Source: an uncultured delta proteobacterium
Lineage (GTDB): Bacteria > Desulfobacterota > Desulfobacteria > Desulfobacterales > SpSt-501
NCBI GenBank assembly: GCA_963791285.1
Contig: CAWBSC010000024.1
Span: 286,578 to 350,577, forward strand
Direction of reading: 5' to 3'
Length of the DNA: 64,000 nt
The notes beneath the pieces were generated by a model. That model ran no database searches and was not told the DNA's origin. It was given only the letters and a program-made list of their open reading frames with translations. Shown piece by piece: positions 12,638-22,621 of the stretch (position 1 is the first letter of the stretch; each line of letters begins with the position of its first letter). The position numbers and the translations under genes are program-made.

Positions 12638-14656
12638 ATGACGCGCGACACCGCCCGGGACACCGGCAGGCGATTCCGCAACGTCAGTCTCAAGAACAAG
12701 ATCTTCTTCTCGATTATCGCAGTGATCCTGATCATCAGCGCTGCAATTGCCCTGATGGCTCGCTGGATTCTCGTGGACAACCTGATCGACGAGCTCGAGC
12801 TGCGGGGGATTGCGATCGCCCGGACGATCGCCGAGCGCAGCAGCGGCTACATCCTTGATAAAAACACCCCCGAGCTGCTGAGCCTCATCTTCGACGAGGC
12901 CAAACTCAAGGAGCGCCAGCACCTGGTGTCCTACATCTTCGTGAGCGACCGCGAGGACCAGGTCCTCAGCCACACCTTGACCCGCAGGTTCCCGGAGTCC
13001 TTACGGCTGGCGAACCGCGTCCCCCCGGATGTCGCCAAGAGCGTGCGGCTGTGCTGGATCGGGGATGAACAGGCCTATGACATCGCCATCCCCGTTACGC
13101 AGGGGATCTATCGCATCGCCACGGTGCACGTCGGACTCAGCAAAGGCCACATCGACCAGCTGGTGGGCAAACTTCGCACCACCTTTTTAGGCTTCCTCTC
13201 TCTAATCGTGGTGATCATCTTCGTCATCAGCCACCGGCTGGCGAAGTACATCACCATGCCGATCGCGAAGCTCACCCGCATCTCCGACGAGCTCGGCAAG
13301 GGGAACTTCGAGGTGGAGCTTGACCTGCAGCACGGCGCCGACCGGGTTCAGCCCTTGGACTGCCCGGCCCTGGCCAACCCGGAGGTGCCCTGCCGTCACC
13401 TCGACGGGGACCCGGAGGCCGGGGACACCGCCATCGAGACGCCGCACACCCATTCGGTCTGCCGCGGTTGCCAGTTCTACCGTCGCGAAAAAGGCGACGA
13501 AGTCGGCCAGCTGGCCGATGCGTTTTACAACATGATCTGGAACATCCGTCTCTACCGCCGGCGGCTGCGCGAGTCTGAAAAAAAATACCGCTCGCTCTTC
13601 GACAGCGGTCCGGACCCCATCTTCGTCATCGAACCGCAGACCTTCGAGATTATCGACATAAACCCGCGAGCGGTGGAGGTCTACGGCTACCCGGCCAGCG
13701 AGTTGATCGGAAGGCCCTTCACCCAGCTCGCGCCCGAGCACACGCAGGAGTACTTTCAAGTCCTCCAGAATCAGGCCGAAATCGCGGGGCTCGTCACCTA
13801 TCCCAAGGCGCTGCACTACAAAAAGGGCAACATCCCTTTCTACGTGAACCTGCATGCGAGCACGATCACCTACAAGGGGCGGCCGGCGATCGTCCTGGCG
13901 TCCACCGACATCACCGAGATGGTCGAAAAAGATGCCCAGCTGATCCAGGCCAGCAAGATGAAGTCGCTCGGGGAAATGTCCGCCGGGATCGCCCACGAGC
14001 TGAACCAGCCGCTCAACGCAATCAAGATGGGCAGCGACTTCCTCGCCATGATGGTCGAGCGGCAGCGTGACATTCCACCCGACACGCTGCAGCAGGTGGT
14101 CGCCGAAATGAGCACCCAGGTCGACCGCGCGGCTGAAATCATCAACACCCTGCGCTCGTTCGGCCGCAAGGCCGAGCTGATGGCGGAGCGCGTGGATATC
14201 AACAAGCCCGCCCAGGCCGTGTTCGCGCTGGTGGGCCGCCAGTTCGAGTTGGACAACATCCGACTGGAGCTGGACCTCGGACAGGGCCTCCGCCCGATCC
14301 TGGCGCACGACAACCGCCTGCAGCAGGTGTTCTTCAACCTGGTCACCAACGCGCGCGATGCCATCGCCGAAAAACGGCAGCGCCTGCCCGAACAGCCGGC
14401 CGGGCGCATCCGCATCCGCACCTATCAGGAGGGGGACCGGGTTGAGGCCGAGGTCTCCGACGACGGCATCGGCATCGGGGATGCCTTGCGGGACAAGATC
14501 TTCGAGCCGTTTTTCAGCACTAAGGAAAGCAGCACCGACATGGGGCTCGGGCTGGCGATCACCTACGGCATCGTGAAGGATTACAGCGGGGACATCCGGC
14601 TGACGAGCTGCGAGGGAGAGGGGACGGCCTTCACCCTCAGCTTCGCGGCGGCCTGA
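12638..14656 (+). CDS. membrane sensor histidine kinase (HAMP with Cys insert, PAS, HisKA, HATPase)
   Basis: two TM segments; AHELNQPL H-box; QVFFNLVTNA, DDGIG, FEPFFSTK, GLGL. Confidence 0.92.
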   Translation: MTRDTARDTGRRFRNVSLKNKIFFSIIAVILIISAAIALMARWILVDNLIDELELRGIAIARTIAERSSGYILDKNTPELLSLIFDEAKLKERQHLVSYIFVSDREDQVLSHTLTRRFPESLRLANRVPPDVAKSVRLCWIGDEQAYDIAIPVTQGIYRIATVHVGLSKGHIDQLVGKLRTTFLGFLSLIVVIIFVISHRLAKYITMPIAKLTRISDELGKGNFEVELDLQHGADRVQPLDCPALANPEVPCRHLDGDPEAGDTAIETPHTHSVCRGCQFYRREKGDEVGQLADAFYNMIWNIRLYRRRLRESEKKYRSLFDSGPDPIFVIEPQTFEIIDINPRAVEVYGYPASELIGRPFTQLAPEHTQEYFQVLQNQAEIAGLVTYPKALHYKKGNIPFYVNLHASTITYKGRPAIVLASTDITEMVEKDAQLIQASKMKSLGEMSAGIAHELNQPLNAIKMGSDFLAMMVERQRDIPPDTLQQVVAEMSTQVDRAAEIINTLRSFGRKAELMAERVDINKPAQAVFALVGRQFELDNIRLELDLGQGLRPILAHDNRLQQVFFNLVTNARDAIAEKRQRLPEQPAGRIRIRTYQEGDRVEAEVSDDGIGIGDALRDKIFEPFFSTKESSTDMGLGLAITYGIVKDYSGDIRLTSCEGEGTAFTLSFAAA

Positions 14657-14679
14657 CCGCCCGCACGGAGAGGACGGAC

Positions 14680-15387
14680 ATGCAGAAGATCCTGGTCATC
14701 GACGACGAGAAGCCCACGCTGATGATGTTCCGCCTGACCTTGTCCGCCCAGGGGTACGACGTGTTCACCGCGGAAAACGGCCAGGAGGGGCTTGACGTCT
14801 TCAGCCGCGAAAGGCCGCCGATCGTCCTGACGGACATCAAAATGCCCGGCATGAACGGAGTCGAGGTGCTGAAGCGCATCAAGGCGATCGACCCCGCCAC
14901 CCAGGTGATTGTCGTCACGGGTCACGGGGACATGGACCTTGCCATCCAGGCGCTGAACCTGGATGCGGCGGATTTCATCAACAAGCCCGTGCAGCGAGAG
15001 CTGCTCGAACAGGCACTGGCCCGCGCGCAGGGACGCCGCCAGCAGCTGAGCGAGCCTGCCGGGGATCTCGCCGTGGAGGGGACTCCCGCCGCGGCCGTGA
15101 TCCGGATTTCCGGGATCGTCACCGCGGCGTCGGAAGAGCGGATGCAGGGTGTATTGCGCGACGCGCTGACCATGCACCGGCAGCGGGTCGTGCTGCAGTT
15201 CGCCGAGAACGCGAGCGTCAACGGGGCCGGCCTCGCCGTTCTGACCCAGCTCCTCCTCGAGCTCCGACGCCAGGGACGCGAAGTTGCGATGGGGGGGCTG
15301 TCCGAAAACCTGCGCAAAGTGTTTGAGCTCGTCGGCCTGCTCAAGCTGGTTGCGGTCACGAATTCGCCCGGGGTGACCCGCGGCTGA
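14680..15387 (+). CDS. response regulator, REC fused to a STAS-like domain
   Basis: ILVIDDE, TDIKMP, FINKP; C-terminal VNGAGLAVL...LRKVFELVGL. Confidence 0.85.
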   Translation: MQKILVIDDEKPTLMMFRLTLSAQGYDVFTAENGQEGLDVFSRERPPIVLTDIKMPGMNGVEVLKRIKAIDPATQVIVVTGHGDMDLAIQALNLDAADFINKPVQRELLEQALARAQGRRQQLSEPAGDLAVEGTPAAAVIRISGIVTAASEERMQGVLRDALTMHRQRVVLQFAENASVNGAGLAVLTQLLLELRRQGREVAMGGLSENLRKVFELVGLLKLVAVTNSPGVTRG

Positions 15388-15419
15388 CGCGCTTCGCCCC
15401 CCCGCCACGGAGGAGAACA

Positions 15420-15974
15420 ATGGCACCCCTGCAGCTCAGATGGACTGTTCTGCTGGCCCTCACGCTCGTCGTGGCGACCGGCGCACCGGCCGCAGGCGCC
15501 GGCTTGCCGAAGAAGGGCGACACCCTTCCGGCATTCGAACTCGAGGCGCCGGTCTCCGAACCGGTCCGGGCATACCTGGGGATATCCGCCCCGACGTTCA
15601 AGCTCGGTGACATCCCCTGCCGGGTGCTGCTGCTCGAGGTGATCGGCGTCTACTGCCCGCAGTGCTACCGCCAGGCGCCGCTGTTCAACACCCTGCACAG
15701 CCGGATCGAAAAGGGGAGGCTGAAGGGGCAGGTCAAGATGCTGGCGCTTGCAGCCGGAGGCAACCCGAACGAGATCCGCTACCTGACCGAGCAGGTCCAG
15801 TACACGTTTCCGATCGTGCCCGACCCGAAATTCGATCTGCACAAGCTCTTGGGTGAGCCCCGCACCCCATTCACCCTGCTCGTGGGCCCGGCCGGCAAAG
15901 TCCTGCACACCCACATGGGCGTAATCGAAGACATCGACGCGTTCCTCAAACTGATCACTGAACTTGCCCGCTGA
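15420..15974 (+). CDS. exported TlpA/redoxin-family thiol-disulfide oxidoreductase
   Basis: signal peptide, YCPQC, RTPFT cis-Pro loop. Confidence 0.8.
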   Translation: MAPLQLRWTVLLALTLVVATGAPAAGAGLPKKGDTLPAFELEAPVSEPVRAYLGISAPTFKLGDIPCRVLLLEVIGVYCPQCYRQAPLFNTLHSRIEKGRLKGQVKMLALAAGGNPNEIRYLTEQVQYTFPIVPDPKFDLHKLLGEPRTPFTLLVGPAGKVLHTHMGVIEDIDAFLKLITELAR

Positions 15975-15977
15975 CGA

Positions 15978-17720
15978 ATGGCTCAGTCGACATCCCCATT
16001 ACAGCAGGCGCTCATGGCCGCGACGCGGGCCCAGGCGGAGCTCGACCGGCGGGTCTTCCATCTGAAGGTTCTCCACGAAACCGCATGCGACCTCTCGCCG
16101 CTCACACAGCCGCTGCGGATCATGGAGCACTTTCTGCTCACCGCCATGGGCGTGGCCGGGGTCGCTCGGGCGCTGGTCCTGCTGGTCAACCTGCGCACCG
16201 GGCAGGGGTGGATTTGCCAACGGGGGCTTGCCGCGGACGAGGCGGACCGGGTCTCACACCTCCTGCCGCAGCTGGCCGAACACCACTTCCCGGAAGGCGC
16301 TCGCCCGGCCGTCGCCGAGCTGGTCTCAGCGCCGCAGACGCTCGCGAGCGGAATGTTGCCGGCGGGCACGCAGCTGCTGATCCGGCAGGTAGCGGACGAA
16401 CCCTATGCCGTTATGGCCGCGTTCGGGGCGCGTATCTCGGGCGAAGCCCTGGACGAGGGCGACCGGTCCGCCCTGCTCAACCTCACGGGGGTGCTGCTCA
16501 ACGCTCTGCGCCAGAACCTGTTTCACCGGCAGGTCCGGCACCTGCATGCCGGTCTGGCGCGGGAGACGGCCTCGCTGGAGACCGCACGCCAACTGGCCGA
16601 GCAGGCGCACACCCGCCTGGATCGCCAGGTGTTCAATCTCCGGACGATTTACGAGTTCACGGCCGGGTCGAGTCAGGTGCTTGCGTCGGGCGAGCTGCTG
16701 CAACGATTTCTCCTGACCGTGATAGGCGCCGCTGGGGTCGGTGCGGGCAGTGTCCTGCTCTGCGACCGCACCGCGCGGAGAGTCAGCCACATCGGCCGGG
16801 GCCTCACCGCCGGGCGAGCGTGGGGATACGACGATGCGGAGCGATACCTGTACCGGGGTTTTCAGGCGGCCGAGGAACGTCGTCTCGACCCCCTGTCATC
16901 CAGCTTCGTCCGGCAGCCGGGGGATGTCTTGCCTGCGAGGGAAATGGGATTCGAGGTCGCCGAGGCCCTGCTGTTTACGGTGGACGATGCCTTGATCGGC
17001 CTGCTGGCACTCGGGCCGCGCCTGAGCCCGGGCGGATCCTTCGCGACGGAGCGCGAACTCCTGCAGGGGCTCACCGCGAGCTGCATGGTTCTTCTCAAGA
17101 ACGCGCGGGCATTCGAAACCATCCAGGCGCTCAACGAGGATCTGCGCTGCGCAAACGACGACCTGCGGCGGACCATCGCGGAGCTCACCGAGGCGCAACG
17201 CCGGATTCGAATTCTGGAGGTCGCGAAGGCCCGCCTGCGGCAGGCCGTTCAGCGCGAGATCCTGCAGGCCGGCCGCCTGCGCGTGCGCGACCTGCTCCTG
17301 TTGGTCCTGTTGGCCGCGGGGCTGGCGCTCGCCTTCAACGCCTCCAACCCGAGCGGGATCCCCGTCCTGCCGGCCTTCGCGCACCACGAGCAGCCGCCGG
17401 GGGTGGACGCGGAGACGGCCCACCGGCTCCTATCGGATGGCCGGGCGGTACTGGTCGATGCCCGCCCTTCCGAGCTATTTCAAGCGGGTCACATCCCGCA
17501 GGCCATCAACGTCCCCGCTCCCCTGTTCGACGTCATCTACCCCATGCAGCTCGGCCGCGTGCTGCAACCGGAACAGGTGGTGCTGGTTTACGGTCGAACC
17601 GTCAGCCGGCGATACGACGACGAGGTCGCCCGGCGCGTGCTGGAACGCCATGATCTCGTCAACCTCATCGAGGGCGGAATCGACGCGTGGCAGGCAAAAG
17701 GCTATCCGGTGACGCCATGA
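15978..17720 (+). CDS. tandem GAF-like, coiled-coil, TM, rhodanese-like protein
   Basis: two repeats starting LDRRVFHL / LDRQVFNL; TM near aa 435-455; DARP...GHIPQAINV...GGIDAW; active-site loop VYGRT lacks Cys. Confidence 0.7.
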   Translation: MAQSTSPLQQALMAATRAQAELDRRVFHLKVLHETACDLSPLTQPLRIMEHFLLTAMGVAGVARALVLLVNLRTGQGWICQRGLAADEADRVSHLLPQLAEHHFPEGARPAVAELVSAPQTLASGMLPAGTQLLIRQVADEPYAVMAAFGARISGEALDEGDRSALLNLTGVLLNALRQNLFHRQVRHLHAGLARETASLETARQLAEQAHTRLDRQVFNLRTIYEFTAGSSQVLASGELLQRFLLTVIGAAGVGAGSVLLCDRTARRVSHIGRGLTAGRAWGYDDAERYLYRGFQAAEERRLDPLSSSFVRQPGDVLPAREMGFEVAEALLFTVDDALIGLLALGPRLSPGGSFATERELLQGLTASCMVLLKNARAFETIQALNEDLRCANDDLRRTIAELTEAQRRIRILEVAKARLRQAVQREILQAGRLRVRDLLLLVLLAAGLALAFNASNPSGIPVLPAFAHHEQPPGVDAETAHRLLSDGRAVLVDARPSELFQAGHIPQAINVPAPLFDVIYPMQLGRVLQPEQVVLVYGRTVSRRYDDEVARRVLERHDLVNLIEGGIDAWQAKGYPVTP

Positions 17721-18196
17721 CATGGTCCGGCCGATTACGAACCATCGTCGCGCACCCGGCTCTTGGGCTGGCGGTGCGTGTCTACCTCGGCGGCGTGTTC
17801 ATCTACGCCAGCATGTACAAGATCAACTACCCGGCCGAGTTCGCCGAGTCCATCGCTGCCTACCAGCTGGTGCCCTTCTGGGCCCTGAATCCCATGGCGC
17901 TCCTCATGCCCTGGCTCGAGTTGATCGGCGGCGTTCTGCTGGTGCTGGGTGTTCGCACCCGTGCGGCCGCGGTCACGATCGGCGGGATGCTGGCGGTGTT
18001 CAGCCTAACGGTCCTGATCGCTCTCGTGCGCGGCATCCCGGTCGGGTGCGGGTGTTTCAGCTCGGTGGAAGAGCCGCTCGGGTGGGACACCTTCGTGCGC
18101 GACCTGCTGTGGCTATCCCTGGCCATCCGGGTCTACGCCTATCCCTCGGCGCTGCAATTGGAGGGGCGGTTATTCAAATCCCTGCAGGAGGTGTGA
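17717..18196 (+). CDS. DoxX/MauE family membrane protein
   Basis: FIYASMYKI, PWLELIGG, CGCF. Confidence 0.85.
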   Translation: MTWSGRLRTIVAHPALGLAVRVYLGGVFIYASMYKINYPAEFAESIAAYQLVPFWALNPMALLMPWLELIGGVLLVLGVRTRAAAVTIGGMLAVFSLTVLIALVRGIPVGCGCFSSVEEPLGWDTFVRDLLWLSLAIRVYAYPSALQLEGRLFKSLQEV

Positions 18197-18198
18197 GG

Positions 18199-18510
18199 AT
18201 GAGGGCCCGGTGGGTATTGCTGTCGGTTCTGCTGGTCTGGGCGTGCGAGTCGTCCTCGCCCTGGGAGGGACGGTATGAAGGGCAGGGCACACCGCCCTCG
18301 CCCGGCGTGACGCTGACGCTGCTGCCCGGGGGCAAGGGGGGGTGGAGCGTCGAACAGGAGACCACGCCGCTGCGCTGGGAGGAGCGCAGCGGCAGCGTGT
18401 GGCTGCACCTCAAGACCGGCGGTGTGATCGCGGCCCGGCCGATTCCGGGAGAGTCAGCTCTGCTGGTGGAATTGCCCGGGGTGGGGATGGTGAAGCTCCA
18501 CAAGGGGTAA
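18199..18510 (+). CDS. hypothetical lipoprotein
   Basis: MRARWVLLSVLLVWAC lipobox; RBS GGAGG. Confidence 0.6.
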   Translation: MRARWVLLSVLLVWACESSSPWEGRYEGQGTPPSPGVTLTLLPGGKGGWSVEQETTPLRWEERSGSVWLHLKTGGVIAARPIPGESALLVELPGVGMVKLHKG

Positions 18511-18728
18511 CATCACTTCAATTTTATTAGACCAAAAGCATCCGCTAACTTTGATTCAGTGATTGACTTTGGCCGAAGGTCATTTTAATAGACGTGCATA
18601 CCTTCACGATCTAACCTCCGCATTTTTAATCTGGCAATAGCGCAAGGGTTCAACTTGGCCTTGTGGAAACGTGTCGCTTTTGGTCACTCTAGGTAATCAT
18701 TGCGATATCCAAGAAAGGAGGTAAGTCT

Positions 18729-21700
18729 ATGGATCTGACACGCAGGCAGTTCGGTAAGCTCACGGGTGCCGCCGCGGCCGGTGTGGCGTTCAGCGGGCTG
18801 GGGGCCGACCTCAAGCCGGTCGTGGCGCACGCCAAAGAGCTCAAGACCCAGGGAGCCAAGGAAACCACCACGATCTGTCCTTACTGCGCCGTCGGCTGCG
18901 GGGCCATCGTGTCCACCGGCCAGAAAGACGGCCGGATCATCAACATCGAGGGTGACCCCGACCACGTCATCAACCGCGGCGCACTTTGTCCCAAGGGGGC
19001 CTCGATCTACCAACTGGCGGTCAACAAACTGCGGCTGACCGAGCCCATGTACCGGGCGCCCTACGCCACGGAGTGGAAGACGGTGTCCTGGGACTGGGCG
19101 CTCGCCGAAATCGCCAAGAAGGTGAAAGAGACCCGCGATGCCTCGTTCGTCGAAAAGAACGACAAGGGGGTCAGGCGTCAACCGCACCGACGGCGATCGC
19201 GTCGGTCGGCAGCGCGGCCCTGGACAACGAGGAGTGCTGGATCTATCAGGCGATGCTGCGGTCCATCGGCCTGGTCTACATCGAACACCAGGCCCGTATC
19301 TGACACAGCGCCACTGTAGCGGCTCTGGCAGAGTCGTTCGGACGCGGCGCAATGACCAACCACTGGATCGACCTCAAGAACAGCGACTGCATCCTGATCA
19401 TGGGCAGCAACGCTGCCGAAAACCACCCCATTTCCTTCAAGTGGGTCACGGAGGCCAGAAACGCGGCGGCAAGGTGATCAACGTGGACCCGCGCTTCACG
19501 CGCACCTCCTCTAAGGCGGACATCTATGCGCCGTTGCGCTCCGGGACGGACATCGCCTTCCTGGGCGGGATGATCAAGTACATCCTCGACAACAATCTGT
19601 ACAACAAGGACTACGTCGTCGGGTACACCAACGCCGCCTTCCTGGTGGGCGACGAACTACGATTTCAAGGACGGGCTGTTTTCCGGCTACGACGCCCGCC
19701 AAGCGGGCCTACGACAAGAGTCAAACTGGGCGCTGCAGCGCGACGACAAGGGCGTCCCCAAGATGGACCTGCACGCTGCAGGACAGGCGCTGCGTGTTCC
19801 AGCTGCTGAAGAAGCACTACTCCCGCTACAACCTCAAACTGGTTTCCGACCATCACCGGCACTCCCGAGGAGGACCTGGTGGAGGTCTACAAAGCCTACG
19901 CCGCCACCGGCGCCACGGACAAGGCCGGCACCATCATGTACGCCATGGGCTGGACCCAGCACACGGTCGGGGTCCAGAACATCCGCACGATGTCCATCAT
20001 CCAGCTGCTGCTCGCCAACATGGGGGTGGCCGGCGGCGGAGTCAACGCGCTGCGCGGGGAGTCCAACGTGCAGGGCTCGACCGACGCCGGGCTGCTTTAC
20101 CACATCCTGCCCGGATACCTGGCGGCACCGGCCACGAACTGGCCGAAGCTGGAAGACTACCTGAAACGGCGGGCCAAGAGCGCCGACCCCTGAGCGCCAA
20201 CTGGTGGCAGAACGAGCCCAAGTACATGGTCAGCCTGCTCAAGACCTATTTCGGCGACAAGGCCGCCAAGGACAACGAGTTCGGCTATCAATGGCTCCCG
20301 AAGTGCGAGGCCGGCAAGCCTTACAGCTGGCTCGACATCTTCGAGGTCATGTACAACGGCGCCATCAAGGGGTTCTTCGCCTGGGGCAGAACCCGGCCTG
20401 CAGCGGCGCCAATTCCAACAAGACGCGCGAGGCCATGGCCAGGCTCGACTGGATGGTCAACGTCAACCTCTTCGACAACGAGACCGGCTCCTTCTGGCAC
20501 GGTCCCGGCATGAACCCCGCCAAGGTCAAGACCGAGGTCTTCATGCTGCCGGCCTGCGTCTCGGTCGAAAAGGAAGGCAGCATCACCAACAGCGGCCGCT
20601 GGATGCAGTGGCGCTACGCGGCGACCAAGCCTCTCGGTCAGAGCCGGCCGGACGGGGACATCATTTTCGCGTTAGGGAACAAAATCAGAGAACTTTACCA
20701 GAAGGAAGGCGGCGCTCTGCCGGCACCCGTCCTGAACCTGAAGTGGGACTACGCCAACTCCCACGGCGAGTTCGATCCCCACCAGGTGGCCAAGTGCATC
20801 AACGGCTATTTCCTCGAGGACGTCACCGTCGGCGACCAGGTCTTCAAGAAGGGGAGCCTGGTGCCGAGCTTTGCTTTTCTGCAGGACAACGGCACCACGA
20901 GCTCCGGGACCTGGGTTTACTGCGGCAGCTATACGGACAAGGGCAACATGGCCGCGCGCCGCAGCCAGCAGGACGCCCCCAACAACATCGGGCTCTATCC
21001 CGAGTTCGCCTGGGCCTGGCCGGTCAACCGCCGGATCATCTACAACCGGGCGTCCGTGGATCCGCAGGGCCAGCCCTACGATCAAAAAGACTGGGTGGTC
21101 AAGTGGGACGGCGGAAAGTGGGTCGGCGACGTGCCGGACGGGCCGTGGCCGCCCCTGCAGAGCATCGAGACACCGGACACCAAGAGCCGGTGGCCGTTCA
21201 TCATGACGGTCAACGGCGTCGGCAACGTGTTCGGGCCGGGCCTCAACGACGGGCCCTTTCCGGAACACTACGAGCCGCTTGAGTGTCCGGTCGAAAAAAA
21301 CTACATGAACGCCCAGCGCATGAACCCCACCGCACCGGTCTTCGGCGGCAAGGCGGACGCCTTCGCCACCTGCGACCCGCGCTACCCGTACGTAGGCACC
21401 ACCTACCGGGTGACCGAGCACTGGCAGACCGGGCTGATGACCCGGCCCCAATCCTGGCTGCTGGAGATGCAGCCCCAGATGTTTGTGGAGATGAGTGAAG
21501 AACTGGCGGGCCTTCGGCAGATCAAGAACGGCGAACGTGTGAAGGCCGTTTCGGCCCGCGGATCGGTGGAGTGCACCGCCATCGTTACCAAGCGTTTCAA
21601 GCCGTTCAAACTGGGCGACCTCATCGTCCACGAAGTCGGCTTCCCCTGGCATTTCGGCTGGCGCTGGCCGGCGACCGGCAAGGAGGAGAGCGCGAACCTG

Positions 21701-21778
21701 CTGACAGCGTCGGCGGGCGACCCCAACACTCGCATACCCGAATCCAAGGCCTTCATGGTCAATATCGTGAAGATCTGA
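18729..21778 (+). CDS. fdhA: periplasmic Mo/W formate dehydrogenase alpha subunit, selenoprotein (UGA 19301-19303); several apparent indel errors
   Basis: Tat signal TRRQF, CPYCAVGC, HQARI-U-HSATV, GRGAMTNHW, LRGESNVQG, TTYRVTEHW. Confidence 0.93.
19319..19337 (+). promoter_or_regulatory. putative SECIS hairpin of fdhA
   Basis: GCGGCTCT-GGC-AGAGTCGT stem-loop starting 15 nt after the UGA. Confidence 0.75.
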
Positions 21779-21798
21779 ACGGAAGGAGGTGATCGAAC

Positions 21799-22518
21799 AT
21801 GGCCAAAGCCTTTTTTATCGACACGACCGTGTGCACCGGCTGCCGAGGCTGCCAGGTGGCTTGCAAGCAATGGAAAGGGCTCCCGGGGGACAAGACCGTC
21901 AACCGGGGGTCGTTCCAGAACCCCGAAGATCTCTCCTTCACCACGCTCAAGCTCGTCCGTATGAACGAAGTCGAGATCGACAAGAAGCTGCAGTGGCTTT
22001 TTTTCCCGGACCAGTGCCGGCACTGCGTCGATCCGCCGTGCGTGGAAGCCGCCGGTGAGCCGACCGCAGCCTTCCAGAACAAGGCCACCGGCGCAGTGAT
22101 CTACACCAAGGTGACCAAGGACATAGACGCGGATGCCGTCGTCGATTCCTGCCCCTACAACATCCCGCGCAAGGCACCGGATGGAAGCCTTGCCAAGTGC
22201 GACATGTGCTTCGACCGGGTCTCGAACGGGAAGCTGCCCGCCTGCGTCCAGACCTGCCCCACGGGCACCATGAATTTCGGCGAGTACAAGGACATGCGGG
22301 TCTACGCTCAGGCGCGCCTGAACGAGGTCAAGCGCAAATTCCCGAAGGCGACTCTGGTCAACGCCGACACGGTGCGGGCGATCTACCTGACGGCCTTCGA
22401 GCCGACCTCTTACTGGCAGTATGCCATTGCCGAGCAGCGCGAGGTCGACATCACACGGGCCGTAGCCATGCGGCAGCTGTTCAAACCGTTCACGGACTTT
22501 TTTGCGCGGCTGGGCTGA
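21799..22518 (+). CDS. fdhB: formate dehydrogenase Fe-S beta subunit
   Basis: CTGCRGCQVAC, CRHCVDPPC, CPY, CDMC...CVQTCP. Confidence 0.92.
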   Translation: MAKAFFIDTTVCTGCRGCQVACKQWKGLPGDKTVNRGSFQNPEDLSFTTLKLVRMNEVEIDKKLQWLFFPDQCRHCVDPPCVEAAGEPTAAFQNKATGAVIYTKVTKDIDADAVVDSCPYNIPRKAPDGSLAKCDMCFDRVSNGKLPACVQTCPTGTMNFGEYKDMRVYAQARLNEVKRKFPKATLVNADTVRAIYLTAFEPTSYWQYAIAEQREVDITRAVAMRQLFKPFTDFFARLG

Positions 22519-22541
22519 AGCACGCATCATCCCTGCATTGC

Positions 22542-22573
22542 ATAGGGGGAGGACACCGTCCTCCCCCTATTTT
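22542..22573 (+). terminator. Rho-independent terminator after fdhB
   Basis: 13-bp stem ATAGGGGGAGGAC/GTCCTCCCCCTAT followed by T-run. Confidence 0.8.
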
Positions 22574-22621
22574 CTGATCGCATGAGCCGGCACGAAGGCC
22601 TCTTCGTCGACGGCGGATGAA

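Noticed and set aside
18590-18725. Moco/Wco riboswitch in the fdhA leader
   Set aside because: Only scattered words (CTCCG, GGAAAC, GAAAGGAG) match and I could not build the paired core. An Rfam scan would settle it.
20191-20193. Second in-frame TGA in fdhA (KSADP*)
   Set aside because: One missing C in the C-run restores DPLSANWW. It is a frameshift, not a Cys position.
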